This document shows, piece by piece, positions 20,201-27,669 of a stretch of DNA of 64,000 nucleotides. The position numbers and the translations under genes were made by a program. Origin of the DNA: Hyalangium minutum (GTDB taxonomy: Bacteria > Myxococcota > Myxococcia > Myxococcales > Myxococcaceae); NCBI RefSeq assembly GCF_000737315.1, contig NZ_JMCB01000007.1, positions 62,001 to 126,000 of the forward strand, in the 5' to 3' direction. Under the pieces are notes generated by a model, which was not told the DNA's origin, did not search any database, and worked only from the letters and a program-made list of their open reading frames with translations. Every line of letters starts with the position of its first letter. Position 1 is the stretch's first letter.

Positions 20201-22444
20201 GGTGATGTGGATGTGTTCTCCTTCACGGCGGTGGCCGGTCACATCTACGAGGTGGCGTGCAGCACCTCGGCCTTCGACTGTGACCTGGTGCTGATGGATG
20301 CGGCGGGGACGACGATTGCCTCCGATACAGGGAGCTCCACCTCCGCGTCGGTGCGCGTGGAGCTGAACACTGCGGGCACGTATTACTTCCGCATCCAGCC
20401 AGGGGGTTCGACCTTCGGGAACTACACATACCGGGTTCAGGATCTGGGCGTGGATGACCACGGAGACACGCTGGCCACGGCGACGCCCATCGCCGCGTCC
20501 ACCACGTACACCCCTGCGAAGTTCGAAGTGGCAGGGGACGTGGACTGGTTCTCGTTCACGGCCGCTGCGGGCCACATCTACGAGTTCCATTGCAGCAGCG
20601 GGGGGAGCTCGGACTGCGACGTGTACCTGACAGATGCGGCTGGAGTGACGGTGGTGGCGGACACTGCATCGACCCTGTCGGCACGGGTGCGGTGGGAGTT
20701 CAACACGGGCGGCACGTACTACGTGCGTGCGTTGGTGGCGACGGGGAGCTGGAGCACCTCCAACAGCTACTCGTACCGGCTGGAGGACCAGGGCGTGGAT
20801 GACCACGGGGACACCCTGGCCACAGCGACACCCATCGCCGCGTCCACCACGTACACCCCTGCGAAGTTCGAAGTGGCGGGGGACGTGGACTGGTTCTCGT
20901 TCACGGCGGTGGCAGGCCACGTCTACGAGTTCCATTGCAGCAGCGCGGGGAACGTGGACTGCAACGTGTACCTGACGGACGCGGCCGGGACGACCATCGT
21001 GGCGGACACTGCGTCGACCCTATCGGCGCGGGTGCGGTGGGAGTTCAACACGGGCGGCACGTACTACGTGCGCGCGGTGGTGGCGGATTGGAACATCTCC
21101 AACGGCTACTCGTACCGGCTGGAGGACCAGGGCGTGGATGACCATGGAGACACCCTGGCCACGGCGACGCCCATCGCAGCGTCCACCACGTATACCGGCG
21201 CGAAGTTCGAGGTGGCGGGGGACGTGGACTGGTTCTCGTTCACGGCGGTGGCAGGCCACATCTACGAGTTCCACTGCAGCAGCGCGGGGAACGTGGACTG
21301 CAACGTGTACCTGACGGACGCGGCCGGGACGACCATCGTGGCGGACACTGCGTCGACCCTATCGGCGCGGGTGCGGTGGGAGTTCAACACGGGCGGCACG
21401 TACTACGTGCGCGCGGTGGTGGCGGATTGGAACATCTCCAACAGCTACTCGTACCGGCTGGAGGACCTGGGACTGGATGACCACGGGGACACCTTGGCCT
21501 CGGCGACGCCCATCGTGCCTTCCACTGCGTACACCAGCGCGAAGATTGACGTGTCTGGGGACGTGGACTGGTTCTCGTTCACGGCCGCTGTGGGCCACAT
21601 CTACGAGTTCCACTGCAGCAGCGCGGGGAACATCGACTGCGACGTGTACCTGACCGACGCGGCGGGGGCGACCATCGTGGCGGACACTACGTCGACCCTG
21701 TCGGCGCGCGTGCGGTGGGAGTTCAACACGGGCGGCACGTACTACCTGCGAGTGGTGTCGGGGAACTGGAACCTCTCCAACGGCTACTCGTACCGGCTGG
21801 AAGACATGGGCGTGGATGACCACGGGGACACCCTGGCCACGGCGACGCCTGTCGTGCCTTCCACCACGGCCACCAGCGCGTCCCTTGAGACCTCCGGGGA
21901 TGTGGACTGGTTCTCCTTCTCGGCAGCCGCAGGCCAGGCCTTCGACTTCTTCTGCAACACCAGCAACTTCGACTGTGACTTGTACCTGTATGACGCGTCC
22001 GGCACCCTGCTCACACAGGACACGTCCAGCGCGACGAGCGCGCGGGTGACGCCCAGATTCGCCGTCGCCGGCACCTACTTCGTGAAGGTCGTCGGCGGGG
22101 TTGGCGCGTACTCCTACCGCTTGAATGATCGCGGCGTGGACCAGCACTCGGACACGTTCACGGGGGCCACCGTGCTCACCCTGGGCACGGCCACCGCGGG
22201 CAACATCGAGATCGCGACGGACATCGACTTCTTCGCTGTCACGCTGGAGGCTGGCACCCCGTACACGGTGACGCCGACGGGCATCACCCTCACGCTCACC
22301 GTGTACGCCCCGAACCAGACGACGACGCTCTACACCGGCGCGGGGCCTGGAACCTTCACCGCCAACGCGGGAGCGGGCACCTATTACGTCCGCGTGGCGG
22401 GAGCCTCTTCGAGCACCGGTGCTTATACGGTGAGGATCCAGTAG
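14246..22444 (+). CDS. Giant (2732 aa) lipoprotein: 3 EGF-like modules plus 23 tandem PPC-like beta-sandwich domains; putative adhesin
   Basis: Lipobox VASC (Cys24); Cys-rich N-terminal modules; repeats DDHG(D/N)T...GD(V/F)DxFSF...(C-x4-6-C)...AGTYY; no catalytic domain recognised. Confidence 0.85.
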   Translation: MRHLLKGTLLALCALVFSLSVASCHGGESPANPCEGVVCGAGHCMASDGRPACMCDAGYHADGLTCVKDNEPPKNPCEPNPCLQPGRRICLVVADRAVCGCDPGTVEGPGGTCVVPNPCDPNPCTLPNKTDCSVSNGQAVCSCVSGYEPDGEECKPEQTVTCTGQHTEGDSFEPDECPALARAVDAGGTQNEAHTLSPLGDEDWLKLTASAGHIYEVVATSAASERLDLDLYAADGTTVLASDHSGQTPVQLVHKATVAGELYFRIRSSVSGDAGAYTLSIVDLGVDDFADEPALATVLTTPSGTPVAGALQFDGDRDVVKLPLTAGHSYRFEAAWSATSTASLKLELIAPDRTTVVVSSQQVAPQGLTRITSSGDYYLRVQEATGKVRAAYSFTVTDLGVDDHGDGASESSPVIIGAPPADGGFERPDDVDVLSFQAQAGHIYAFTCNPAGGVSDCHVSLSNAAGTVLATDNNGGTGFIVYEYTQAGTYFFRLSSGGVGSYTYRLEDLGFDDYGDTLATATAVTPAATPTSARLEVPGDVDFLKLEVQADFVYAFTCASTAFTCTLELQDGAGTVLASGSASSDSVRLSHTFLSAGTAYLRISASSAAAMGSYTWQVESQYVDDHGNTIDTATAITPGAASSAGQLEVAGDVDVFRFSATASHIYRFTCSSSALDCDAELLDASGSVIVSATGPETTAVITYEFNSGGTYYFRVQTDSGAAGGYTYSLEELGVDDHGDTSGTATALTVPMSGSGQLETPGDVDVFSFSGAADEVFEFTCTGTSVDCNVLLVNSSGGTVASDTSSSANARILYRLPQAGTWFLHVKSTPVATGSYGYQLVSLGTDEHGDTPATSTPVVVDAPVAGGRIDTSADVDVFSFEALANHIYEITCTSANLSCDLQLMTAAGTVLASNSGANARVVYEVGTAGTYYFRIASVSSTAGTYSYRVVDLGMDDHGDDLASATAITAGAPAANGTLEISGDVDVFSFSAAANHLYEFTCTGTTIDCNVELVHATGTVLASDTSSNTLARVRLQLTAAGTYSLRVVGGSSGNPTGTYSYQLLDLGLDDHGNTPDTSTGVTPGAPPANGTIDNASDVDVFGFDAVAGHIYQFTCSASFDCNVLLTTASGTVVASDTGPSSDALVVFEFSASGTFYFKVSSGNGVLGPYTYELRDLGVDDHGDVMAAATPIAPSTTTSTGRVETFGDVDFFSFSGAASTTYEFSCTTTAIDCNVVFYDSSGNVLQSDTGASTNARVTYVVRSAGTFYVKVSSGTATIGGYSYQLQSLGEDDHGNTINDATPVSPSSSYSNATIEVSTDVDVFSFTAVAGHIYEIECTSSAIDCDVVLMDSAGTVIASDTGRSTSAAVRVELNTAGTYYFRIQPGTASIGSYSYRVRDLGVDDFGDTIATAAPISPMASSAPGQIETSGDFDVFSFSATAGHIYRFTCTGAAGDCDLDLVDEAGTLLARDNAPASSATLLYEIGAAGTYYVKLFFGNASTTVIGGYSYRLEDLGVDDHGDTAATATPITVSTTASTGRVETLGDVDFFSFSGAANTTYEFSCNTTAIDCNVVLYDSSGNVLLSDTGLSPNARVTYLARTAATFFLRVSSGTATIGDYTYQLSNLGTDDHGNTNESATPVTPSTTYSNARINASTDVDVFSFTAVAGHIYEVECSTSAFDCNLVLMDATGATIASDLGTGAIARVRVELNTAGTYYFRIQPGTAAFGNYTYRVQDLGLDDHGDTLATATLLTPMTSTATGAIEASGDVDVFAFSATAGGIYEFSCTGTGDCDLDLVDGAGALLVRDNTSSTSAKVVYEFDTAGTYYVRLRYGTGSTTVTGNYTYQLKDLGVDDHGDTPATATPITPSTTTSTGKIETLGDLDHFSFSGAVNTTYEFSCTGSGIDCNVVLYDSSGTVVQSDTGTSTTARVTYLVRVAGTFYVRVYSGTAAIGAYTYQLKNLGTDDHGNTLSDATPVTPSTSFSSARIDAAGDVDVFSFTAVAGHIYEVACSTSAFDCDLVLMDAAGTTIASDTGSSTSASVRVELNTAGTYYFRIQPGGSTFGNYTYRVQDLGVDDHGDTLATATPIAASTTYTPAKFEVAGDVDWFSFTAAAGHIYEFHCSSGGSSDCDVYLTDAAGVTVVADTASTLSARVRWEFNTGGTYYVRALVATGSWSTSNSYSYRLEDQGVDDHGDTLATATPIAASTTYTPAKFEVAGDVDWFSFTAVAGHVYEFHCSSAGNVDCNVYLTDAAGTTIVADTASTLSARVRWEFNTGGTYYVRAVVADWNISNGYSYRLEDQGVDDHGDTLATATPIAASTTYTGAKFEVAGDVDWFSFTAVAGHIYEFHCSSAGNVDCNVYLTDAAGTTIVADTASTLSARVRWEFNTGGTYYVRAVVADWNISNSYSYRLEDLGLDDHGDTLASATPIVPSTAYTSAKIDVSGDVDWFSFTAAVGHIYEFHCSSAGNIDCDVYLTDAAGATIVADTTSTLSARVRWEFNTGGTYYLRVVSGNWNLSNGYSYRLEDMGVDDHGDTLATATPVVPSTTATSASLETSGDVDWFSFSAAAGQAFDFFCNTSNFDCDLYLYDASGTLLTQDTSSATSARVTPRFAVAGTYFVKVVGGVGAYSYRLNDRGVDQHSDTFTGATVLTLGTATAGNIEIATDIDFFAVTLEAGTPYTVTPTGITLTLTVYAPNQTTTLYTGAGPGTFTANAGAGTYYVRVAGASSSTGAYTVRIQ
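17774..20452 (+). repeat. Higher-order intragenic repeat: three-domain unit A-B-C with 1005-1008 bp period
   Basis: DD(H/F)G codons at 17774/18782/19787 (A), 18107/19115/20120 (B), 18440/19448 (C). Confidence 0.85.
20453..21814 (+). repeat. Four near-identical tandem domain copies (339-345 bp)
   Basis: Unit starts 20453, 20798, 21137, 21476; long identical DNA tracts such as gtgcggtgggagttcaacacgggcggcacgtactac. Confidence 0.9.
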
Positions 22445-22528
22445 AAGGCTCCAAGGTCTGACGCTGGACCTTGTACCGCGGGAGGAGAGCAGGCACGGCG
22501 GGCGGTGGGTGATAGGGTGCCGCCTGCC

Positions 22529-24856
22529 ATGCATGCCTACGCCGTCGAGCTGTCTCAGGAGCTGGGCCTCAAGCCCGAGCAGGTGGACAAGACCCTCGCG
22601 CTCAATGCCGAGGGCGCCACCGTCCCCTTCATCGCCCGCTACCGCAAGGAGGCCACCGGAGGCCTGGATGAAGTGCAAATCCAGACCATCTTGGATCGCG
22701 CCGCCGAGCGCTCTGAGTTCGACGCCCGCCGGGAGACCATTCTCCGCACCATCGAGGGCCAGGGGAAGCTGACGCCGGAGCTGGTCAAGGCCATCCAGCG
22801 TGCCAAGACGCGTACCGAGCTGGAGGACCTCTACCTCCCGTACAAGCCCAAGCGCCGCACCCGCGCCGCCATCGCCCGGGAGCGCGGGCTGGAGCCGCTC
22901 GCGGACCTCATCTGGAAGCAGGAGGTGCCTCGCGGCGAGGACAAGGCCGCCCGGGTGCGCCCCTACGTGAATCCGGAGAAGGAGGTGCCCGACGTGGAGG
23001 CGGCGCTCGCGGGCGCGCGCGACATCTGCGCCGAGCGCGTCTCCGAGGACGCGGGCCTGCGCCGCACCGCGCGCGAGCTGTGCGTCCAGAAGGGGCGCCT
23101 GCGTTCGGAGGTGGTCCCCGCCAAGAAGAACGAGACCACCAAGTTCGAGTCCTACTACGAGCACGAGGAGACGCTCGCCCAGGCGCCCTCGCACCGCGTG
23201 CTGGCGTTGCTGCGCGGCGAGGCCGAGCAGGTGCTCCGTGTGAAGGTCCTCTTCCCGGATGACGAGGCCAAGGGCCTGCTCACCTCGCGCGTGGTGACGA
23301 AGCACCAGGCGCTCTTTGCTCCGGAGCTGCGCGCCGCCGCTGAGGATGCCTGGGAGCGGCTGCTGGGTCCCTCGCTGGAGTCCGAGCTGCGCGCGGAGCT
23401 GAAGGAGCGCGCGGACCGGCAGGCCATTGGCGTGTTCGGCGAGAACCTGCGTCACCTGCTGCTGGCGGCTCCGGCGGGCACGCGGCCCGTGGTGGCGTTG
23501 GATCCAGGCCTGCGCACCGGCGTGAAGATGGTGATGCTGGATGCCACCGGCAGCGTGGCGGCCACGGCCACCCTCTACACCGAGCGCTCGCCGGATGAGC
23601 GCGCCCGCGCCGCCCGGCAGCTCGCCGAGGTGGTGCAAAAGCACAAGCCCGAGCTGATCGCCGTGGGCAACGGCACCGGCAGCCGCGAGGCCGAGGGCTT
23701 CGTGCGCGAGGTGCTCGAGAAGCTCGAGGCGAAGGTTCCCGTCGTCTCCGTGAGCGAGCAGGGCGCCTCCGTGTACTCGGCCTCAGAGGTGGCTCGTGAG
23801 GAGTTCCCCGAGATGGACGTGTCCCTGCGTGGAGCGGTGTCCATCGGCCGCCGCCTGCAAGACCCGCTGGCCGAGCTGGTGAAGATCGATCCCAAGAGCA
23901 TTGGCGTGGGCCAGTACCAGCACGACGTGGACCAGGGCCTGCTCAAGAAGAAGCTGGGCGAGGTGGTGGACTCGTGCGTGAACGCCGTGGGCGTGGACGT
24001 GAACACCGCGTCTCCGCAGCTCCTGGAGCACGTGTCCGGCGTGGGCCCTTCTCTGGCGAAGAAGCTGGTGGCCCACCGCAGCAAGAAGGGCGCCTTCACC
24101 ACGCGCCGCGAGCTGCTCAAGGTGAGCGGTCTGGGGCCCAAGACGTTCGAGCAGGCCGCCGGCTTCCTGCGCGTGCGAGGCCCCGAGCCGCTGGACGCGA
24201 GCGCCGTGCACCCCGAGCGCTACGCCGTCGTCGAGCGCATGGCGAAAGACTTGGGCGTGGAGGTGAGCGCGCTGGTGGGCAACGCCTCGCTGGTGCGGAA
24301 GATCGATCCGAAGCGCTACCTGGGGCCTGACCTCGGAGAGCTGACGCTCCAAGACATCCTCTCCGAGCTGGAGAAGCCGAGCCGCGACCCGCGAGGAGAC
24401 TTCTCCGCGCCGTCGATGCGGGAGGACCTGAAGACGCTGGAGGACGTGAAGGAGGGCATGGTGCTCCAGGGCGTGGTGACCAACGTCACCGCGTTCGGCG
24501 CCTTCGTGGACGTGGGTGTGCACCAGGATGGGCTCGTGCACGTGTCCCAGCTCGCCACGCGCTTCGTGAAGGACCCGGCCGAGGTCGTGAAAGTGGGCGA
24601 CCGGCTTACGGTGAAGGTTCTCTCCGTGGATCTGGCCCGCAAGCGGTTGGCGCTCTCGGTGCGCGCGGTGCAGGAGGGTGGGGCGGCGCAGGCGTCTCCG
24701 GGCCGGCCTCCCGCGGCCAACACCGGGCGCATGACGGAGCGGCCTTCGGGCGGGAGGGACAGCGCGCCGAGCCGTGCGCCCAGTGGCAAGCCGGCGCCCT
24801 CGGAGAAGAAGGGCCCCGAGCCCTTCAACAACCCGTTCCGCAACCTCAAGCGCTGA
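22529..24856 (+). CDS. tex: Tex family transcription accessory protein with S1 RNA-binding domain
   Basis: GATVPFIARYRKEATGGLDE, LDPGLRTGVK, ELVKIDPKSIGVGQYQHD, HhH repeats, S1 domain GVVTNVTAFGAFVDVGVHQDGLVHVS. Confidence 0.96.
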   Translation: MHAYAVELSQELGLKPEQVDKTLALNAEGATVPFIARYRKEATGGLDEVQIQTILDRAAERSEFDARRETILRTIEGQGKLTPELVKAIQRAKTRTELEDLYLPYKPKRRTRAAIARERGLEPLADLIWKQEVPRGEDKAARVRPYVNPEKEVPDVEAALAGARDICAERVSEDAGLRRTARELCVQKGRLRSEVVPAKKNETTKFESYYEHEETLAQAPSHRVLALLRGEAEQVLRVKVLFPDDEAKGLLTSRVVTKHQALFAPELRAAAEDAWERLLGPSLESELRAELKERADRQAIGVFGENLRHLLLAAPAGTRPVVALDPGLRTGVKMVMLDATGSVAATATLYTERSPDERARAARQLAEVVQKHKPELIAVGNGTGSREAEGFVREVLEKLEAKVPVVSVSEQGASVYSASEVAREEFPEMDVSLRGAVSIGRRLQDPLAELVKIDPKSIGVGQYQHDVDQGLLKKKLGEVVDSCVNAVGVDVNTASPQLLEHVSGVGPSLAKKLVAHRSKKGAFTTRRELLKVSGLGPKTFEQAAGFLRVRGPEPLDASAVHPERYAVVERMAKDLGVEVSALVGNASLVRKIDPKRYLGPDLGELTLQDILSELEKPSRDPRGDFSAPSMREDLKTLEDVKEGMVLQGVVTNVTAFGAFVDVGVHQDGLVHVSQLATRFVKDPAEVVKVGDRLTVKVLSVDLARKRLALSVRAVQEGGAAQASPGRPPAANTGRMTERPSGGRDSAPSRAPSGKPAPSEKKGPEPFNNPFRNLKR

Positions 24857-24886
24857 GCCGGGAGCGCCCGGCCTTCCACCCGGGGC

Positions 24887-26077
24887 TCAGGGCTGCTTTT
24901 GCTGGAACTTGCCCGACTCGAGGTCGGCACGGAACTCCTTGAGCTTTTCGAAGCTCGGCGAGGCGATGGAGAGCAGGATTCCCACCATGTGCCTCTTGGC
25001 ATACGCGCCGGGCAAGCTGCTGGGCCAGTCCACCTGGCTCTGGATGAGCGGATCGGGGTTCTCCTCCAGCACCGTCACCCCCCGCTCCCAGAGCATTGGC
25101 ACGAGCGAGTTGGCGCAGGGGCGCTCCGCGAGCTCCTGGGCGAATGCGTCGTAGACGTCCCGGTACTTGTCCTTGGCCAGCGGCCGCAGGTACGTCGCGA
25201 AGGAGGAGGCCTCCGTGAGCGCCGCGCAGCGCGTCACCACCGGCTCGCCACAGCTCCGGGCCTTTTGAGCCACCTCCAGGGGAGCCGAGAGCTGCGAGAA
25301 GGAGGGGCTCGTCATGGTGAGGACCCGCAGCCGCTCGGGTTGCTCGAGGCTCATGGGCTGCCAGTCCGCCGGAGGATCCTTCATCGAGTCATAGGCCTGA
25401 CGCTCGAACTTGAGCAGCAAGGACGCCACAGCGCCGCCCAGGAGCGTGTCCGTGCGGTAGGTCAGCCAGGCCAGTTGGCGCACGTCCCGGGCTGCCTCGG
25501 TGGGTGCCCCTGTCCTCAGCCCGTGCAGCAGCCGGAACTTCCCCCACACGAGCAACGGGACGAAGTGGGGGATGCGCATCGTGGCCCAGTTGATGCGCTG
25601 TGGTACCGCCACGGGCGGGTTCTGGACGATGTCCCAGCGGTCATACCCATGGAGCTGGCGCATCCAGCCAAAGTCCAGGGTGGAGACGTCCACGTTCGAG
25701 GTGAGCCAGTCCTGGAAGTCCATGTGCTTCTGCGGCAGGCCCGCGGGGATGAGCAGCGGCGAGCCCTTGGGGAGCGGCGGTGACGGATCCCACGCCATCC
25801 ACGCGTTCAGCAGCGTCCCCGCGTCCCCCGGGGTGCGCGGCTCGTGGAACCACGGATCCGCAGCGAGTGTCGCCTGTTGCTCGCAGAAGAAGTCCACCCA
25901 GCTGGCGGTCTCCCTCTGGTGCTGGCCGAGCACTGGCTCGTACTTCTGGCGGAGCATCCAGTCGAACACCGTGAACGCTCCGGCCCCCAGGAGCAGCACA
26001 ATGCTAACAACCCACACCAAGACGCGGAGGACAGCACCTCGGGAAGCGCTTCGAAAGGAATGATGGATCGGTGACAT
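24887..26077 (-). CDS. Hypothetical protein with N-terminal membrane anchor
   Basis: 396-aa ORF with one N-terminal hydrophobic helix; no family recognised; start uncertain. Confidence 0.6.
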   Translation of the reverse strand: MSPIHHSFRSASRGAVLRVLVWVVSIVLLLGAGAFTVFDWMLRQKYEPVLGQHQRETASWVDFFCEQQATLAADPWFHEPRTPGDAGTLLNAWMAWDPSPPLPKGSPLLIPAGLPQKHMDFQDWLTSNVDVSTLDFGWMRQLHGYDRWDIVQNPPVAVPQRINWATMRIPHFVPLLVWGKFRLLHGLRTGAPTEAARDVRQLAWLTYRTDTLLGGAVASLLLKFERQAYDSMKDPPADWQPMSLEQPERLRVLTMTSPSFSQLSAPLEVAQKARSCGEPVVTRCAALTEASSFATYLRPLAKDKYRDVYDAFAQELAERPCANSLVPMLWERGVTVLEENPDPLIQSQVDWPSSLPGAYAKRHMVGILLSIASPSFEKLKEFRADLESGKFQQKQP

Positions 26078-26168
26078 GGCGGAGCTCGGCCTACGGTTTT
26101 ACTGCACTTCCGAACCCCACTTCTTATACAGAGCCCCCCATCCAACCCTTTCATTGGAGATGCTGGCC

Positions 26169-26771
26169 ATGAAGCTCTACTACGCCCCCGGTGCTTGTTC
26201 GCAGAACCCGCACATCATGCTGCGTGAGGCCGGTCTGAAGTTCGACCTCGTGAAGGTGGATCTCGGCACGCACAAGACCGAGAAGGGCGCGGACTTCTAC
26301 GGCATCAACCCCAAGGGCTATGTGCCGGCGCTGGAGCTCGACAACGGCCAGGTGCTGACCGAGAACATCGCCATCGTGCAGTACATCGCCGACCAGAAGC
26401 CCGAGACGAAGCTGGCGCCCGCCGCTGGCTCGTTCGATCGCTACCGCCTGCAGGAGTGGCTGGCCTTCATCAGCACGGAGATCCACAAGACCTTCGGCCC
26501 GCTGTGGAACCCGAACCTGCCCGAGGCCGAGAAGAAGGCCACGCAAGACAAGATCGGCAAGCGCTTCGACTACGTCGCCAAGAACCTGGAGGGCAAGCAG
26601 TTCATCATGGGCGACCACTTCACCGCCGCCGACGCCTATATGTTCGTGATGCTGCAGTGGGCCAACCACCACAAGCTGCAGGTGCCGGCCGCGCTGAAGT
26701 CCTATGGCGAGCGGCTCGCTGCCCGGCCCGCCATCAAGGCCACGCTCGAGGCCGAGTTCGGCAAGCAGTAA
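26169..26771 (+). CDS. gstA: Glutathione S-transferase, beta class
   Basis: MKLYYAPGACS, INPKGYVPAL, LTENIAIVQYIAD, LAFISTEIHK, FTAADAY. Confidence 0.93.
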   Translation: MKLYYAPGACSQNPHIMLREAGLKFDLVKVDLGTHKTEKGADFYGINPKGYVPALELDNGQVLTENIAIVQYIADQKPETKLAPAAGSFDRYRLQEWLAFISTEIHKTFGPLWNPNLPEAEKKATQDKIGKRFDYVAKNLEGKQFIMGDHFTAADAYMFVMLQWANHHKLQVPAALKSYGERLAARPAIKATLEAEFGKQ

Positions 26772-26804
26772 GCCCGGAGCTCCCCGCCGGAGGGCTGGGC
26801 GCGC

Positions 26805-27521
26805 TCAGTCGCGGCGCACCTGGAAGGGAATGCTCAGCTCTCCGAACGGCTGGTTCGTTTTCGCATCCACCAACTGCGCCTGAAGGATGACCTGGCGCTC
26901 GCGGTTACCCACGCCCTGGAAGTAGAGGAAGCCGGACACCGTGCCTCCATCCTCCAGGGTGCCCTCGGGCAGCGCACGATCCATCATGTCCTGCGTGGGC
27001 AGCGGTTCCTCGCACCGCACGTAGGAGCGGGGCCCGTAGAACGGATCATAGAAGGGATCGTAGTAGGGGTTCGGCCACCAGGCGCGCTGCCGGTACCAGC
27101 CCCGGCGAGGACCCCACGTGGCACCCACGCTCCAATACGGCCGGGGCATGTACCCCGCGACGCAGGTGGGACCCTGAGCGTTCGCCTCCTGCATGAGCAT
27201 GGGAGAGAGCGCGGCGTAGTGGAACTTCGACGCCCCCACGAGATCGAAGTCCGCGTAGCGGATGCTCAGCGTCCGGCCGCTGTGGTTCTCCACGCGGAGC
27301 TCTACCGGAGTCAGGCGGGTCTCGAGGTTGCGGGGGCTCCCCTTCCACGCGGTGCCATCCGCGATGAGCTGCACACCCTGGGCCTCGGCCACGACGGCGG
27401 TCGGCTCCCCAGCGGGTGAGCGGGCATCCGGGGTGGGCCGGAGCTGGGTCTCTGGAATGCAGCCGGCCAAGGCCAGCACCACCACCGCTCCAAGGAGTCC
27501 AAGTCGTGCGCGTGCATGCAT
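26805..27521 (-). CDS. Hypothetical lipoprotein
   Basis: Lipobox LAGC; internal W/Y/P-rich segment (PYYDPFYDPFYGP). Confidence 0.7.
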   Translation of the reverse strand: MHARARLGLLGAVVVLALAGCIPETQLRPTPDARSPAGEPTAVVAEAQGVQLIADGTAWKGSPRNLETRLTPVELRVENHSGRTLSIRYADFDLVGASKFHYAALSPMLMQEANAQGPTCVAGYMPRPYWSVGATWGPRRGWYRQRAWWPNPYYDPFYDPFYGPRSYVRCEEPLPTQDMMDRALPEGTLEDGGTVSGFLYFQGVGNRERQVILQAQLVDAKTNQPFGELSIPFQVRRD

Positions 27522-27669
27522 GGGAGGGATCCTCAAAGAGGAAGATATGCACCGCCCCGAGCGCGGGAGGCCCTCCTTGTGCCCAAGGGAACACTTCCAT
27601 CACCCGTGACGGCGTCTTTCCATGATGCAAGCACCTCGCCTGAAATGATGACCTTTCCGGAGGGAGTTC

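Noticed and set aside
16064-20935. 1623-aa minus-strand ORF (also 14186-16018 and 21359-23644)
   Set aside because: Antisense shadows of the giant lipoprotein and tex genes; GC-rich codon bias removes stops; no motifs
20453-21814. Regular DNA repeats considered as a CRISPR array or mobile repeat
   Set aside because: Units are in-frame 339-345 bp protein domains without unique spacers; no cas genes
27522-27669. Search for a pyp gene beside the lyase-ligase pair
   Set aside because: No room and no PAS/PYP-like ORF on either side, so the PYP link cannot be supported from this window
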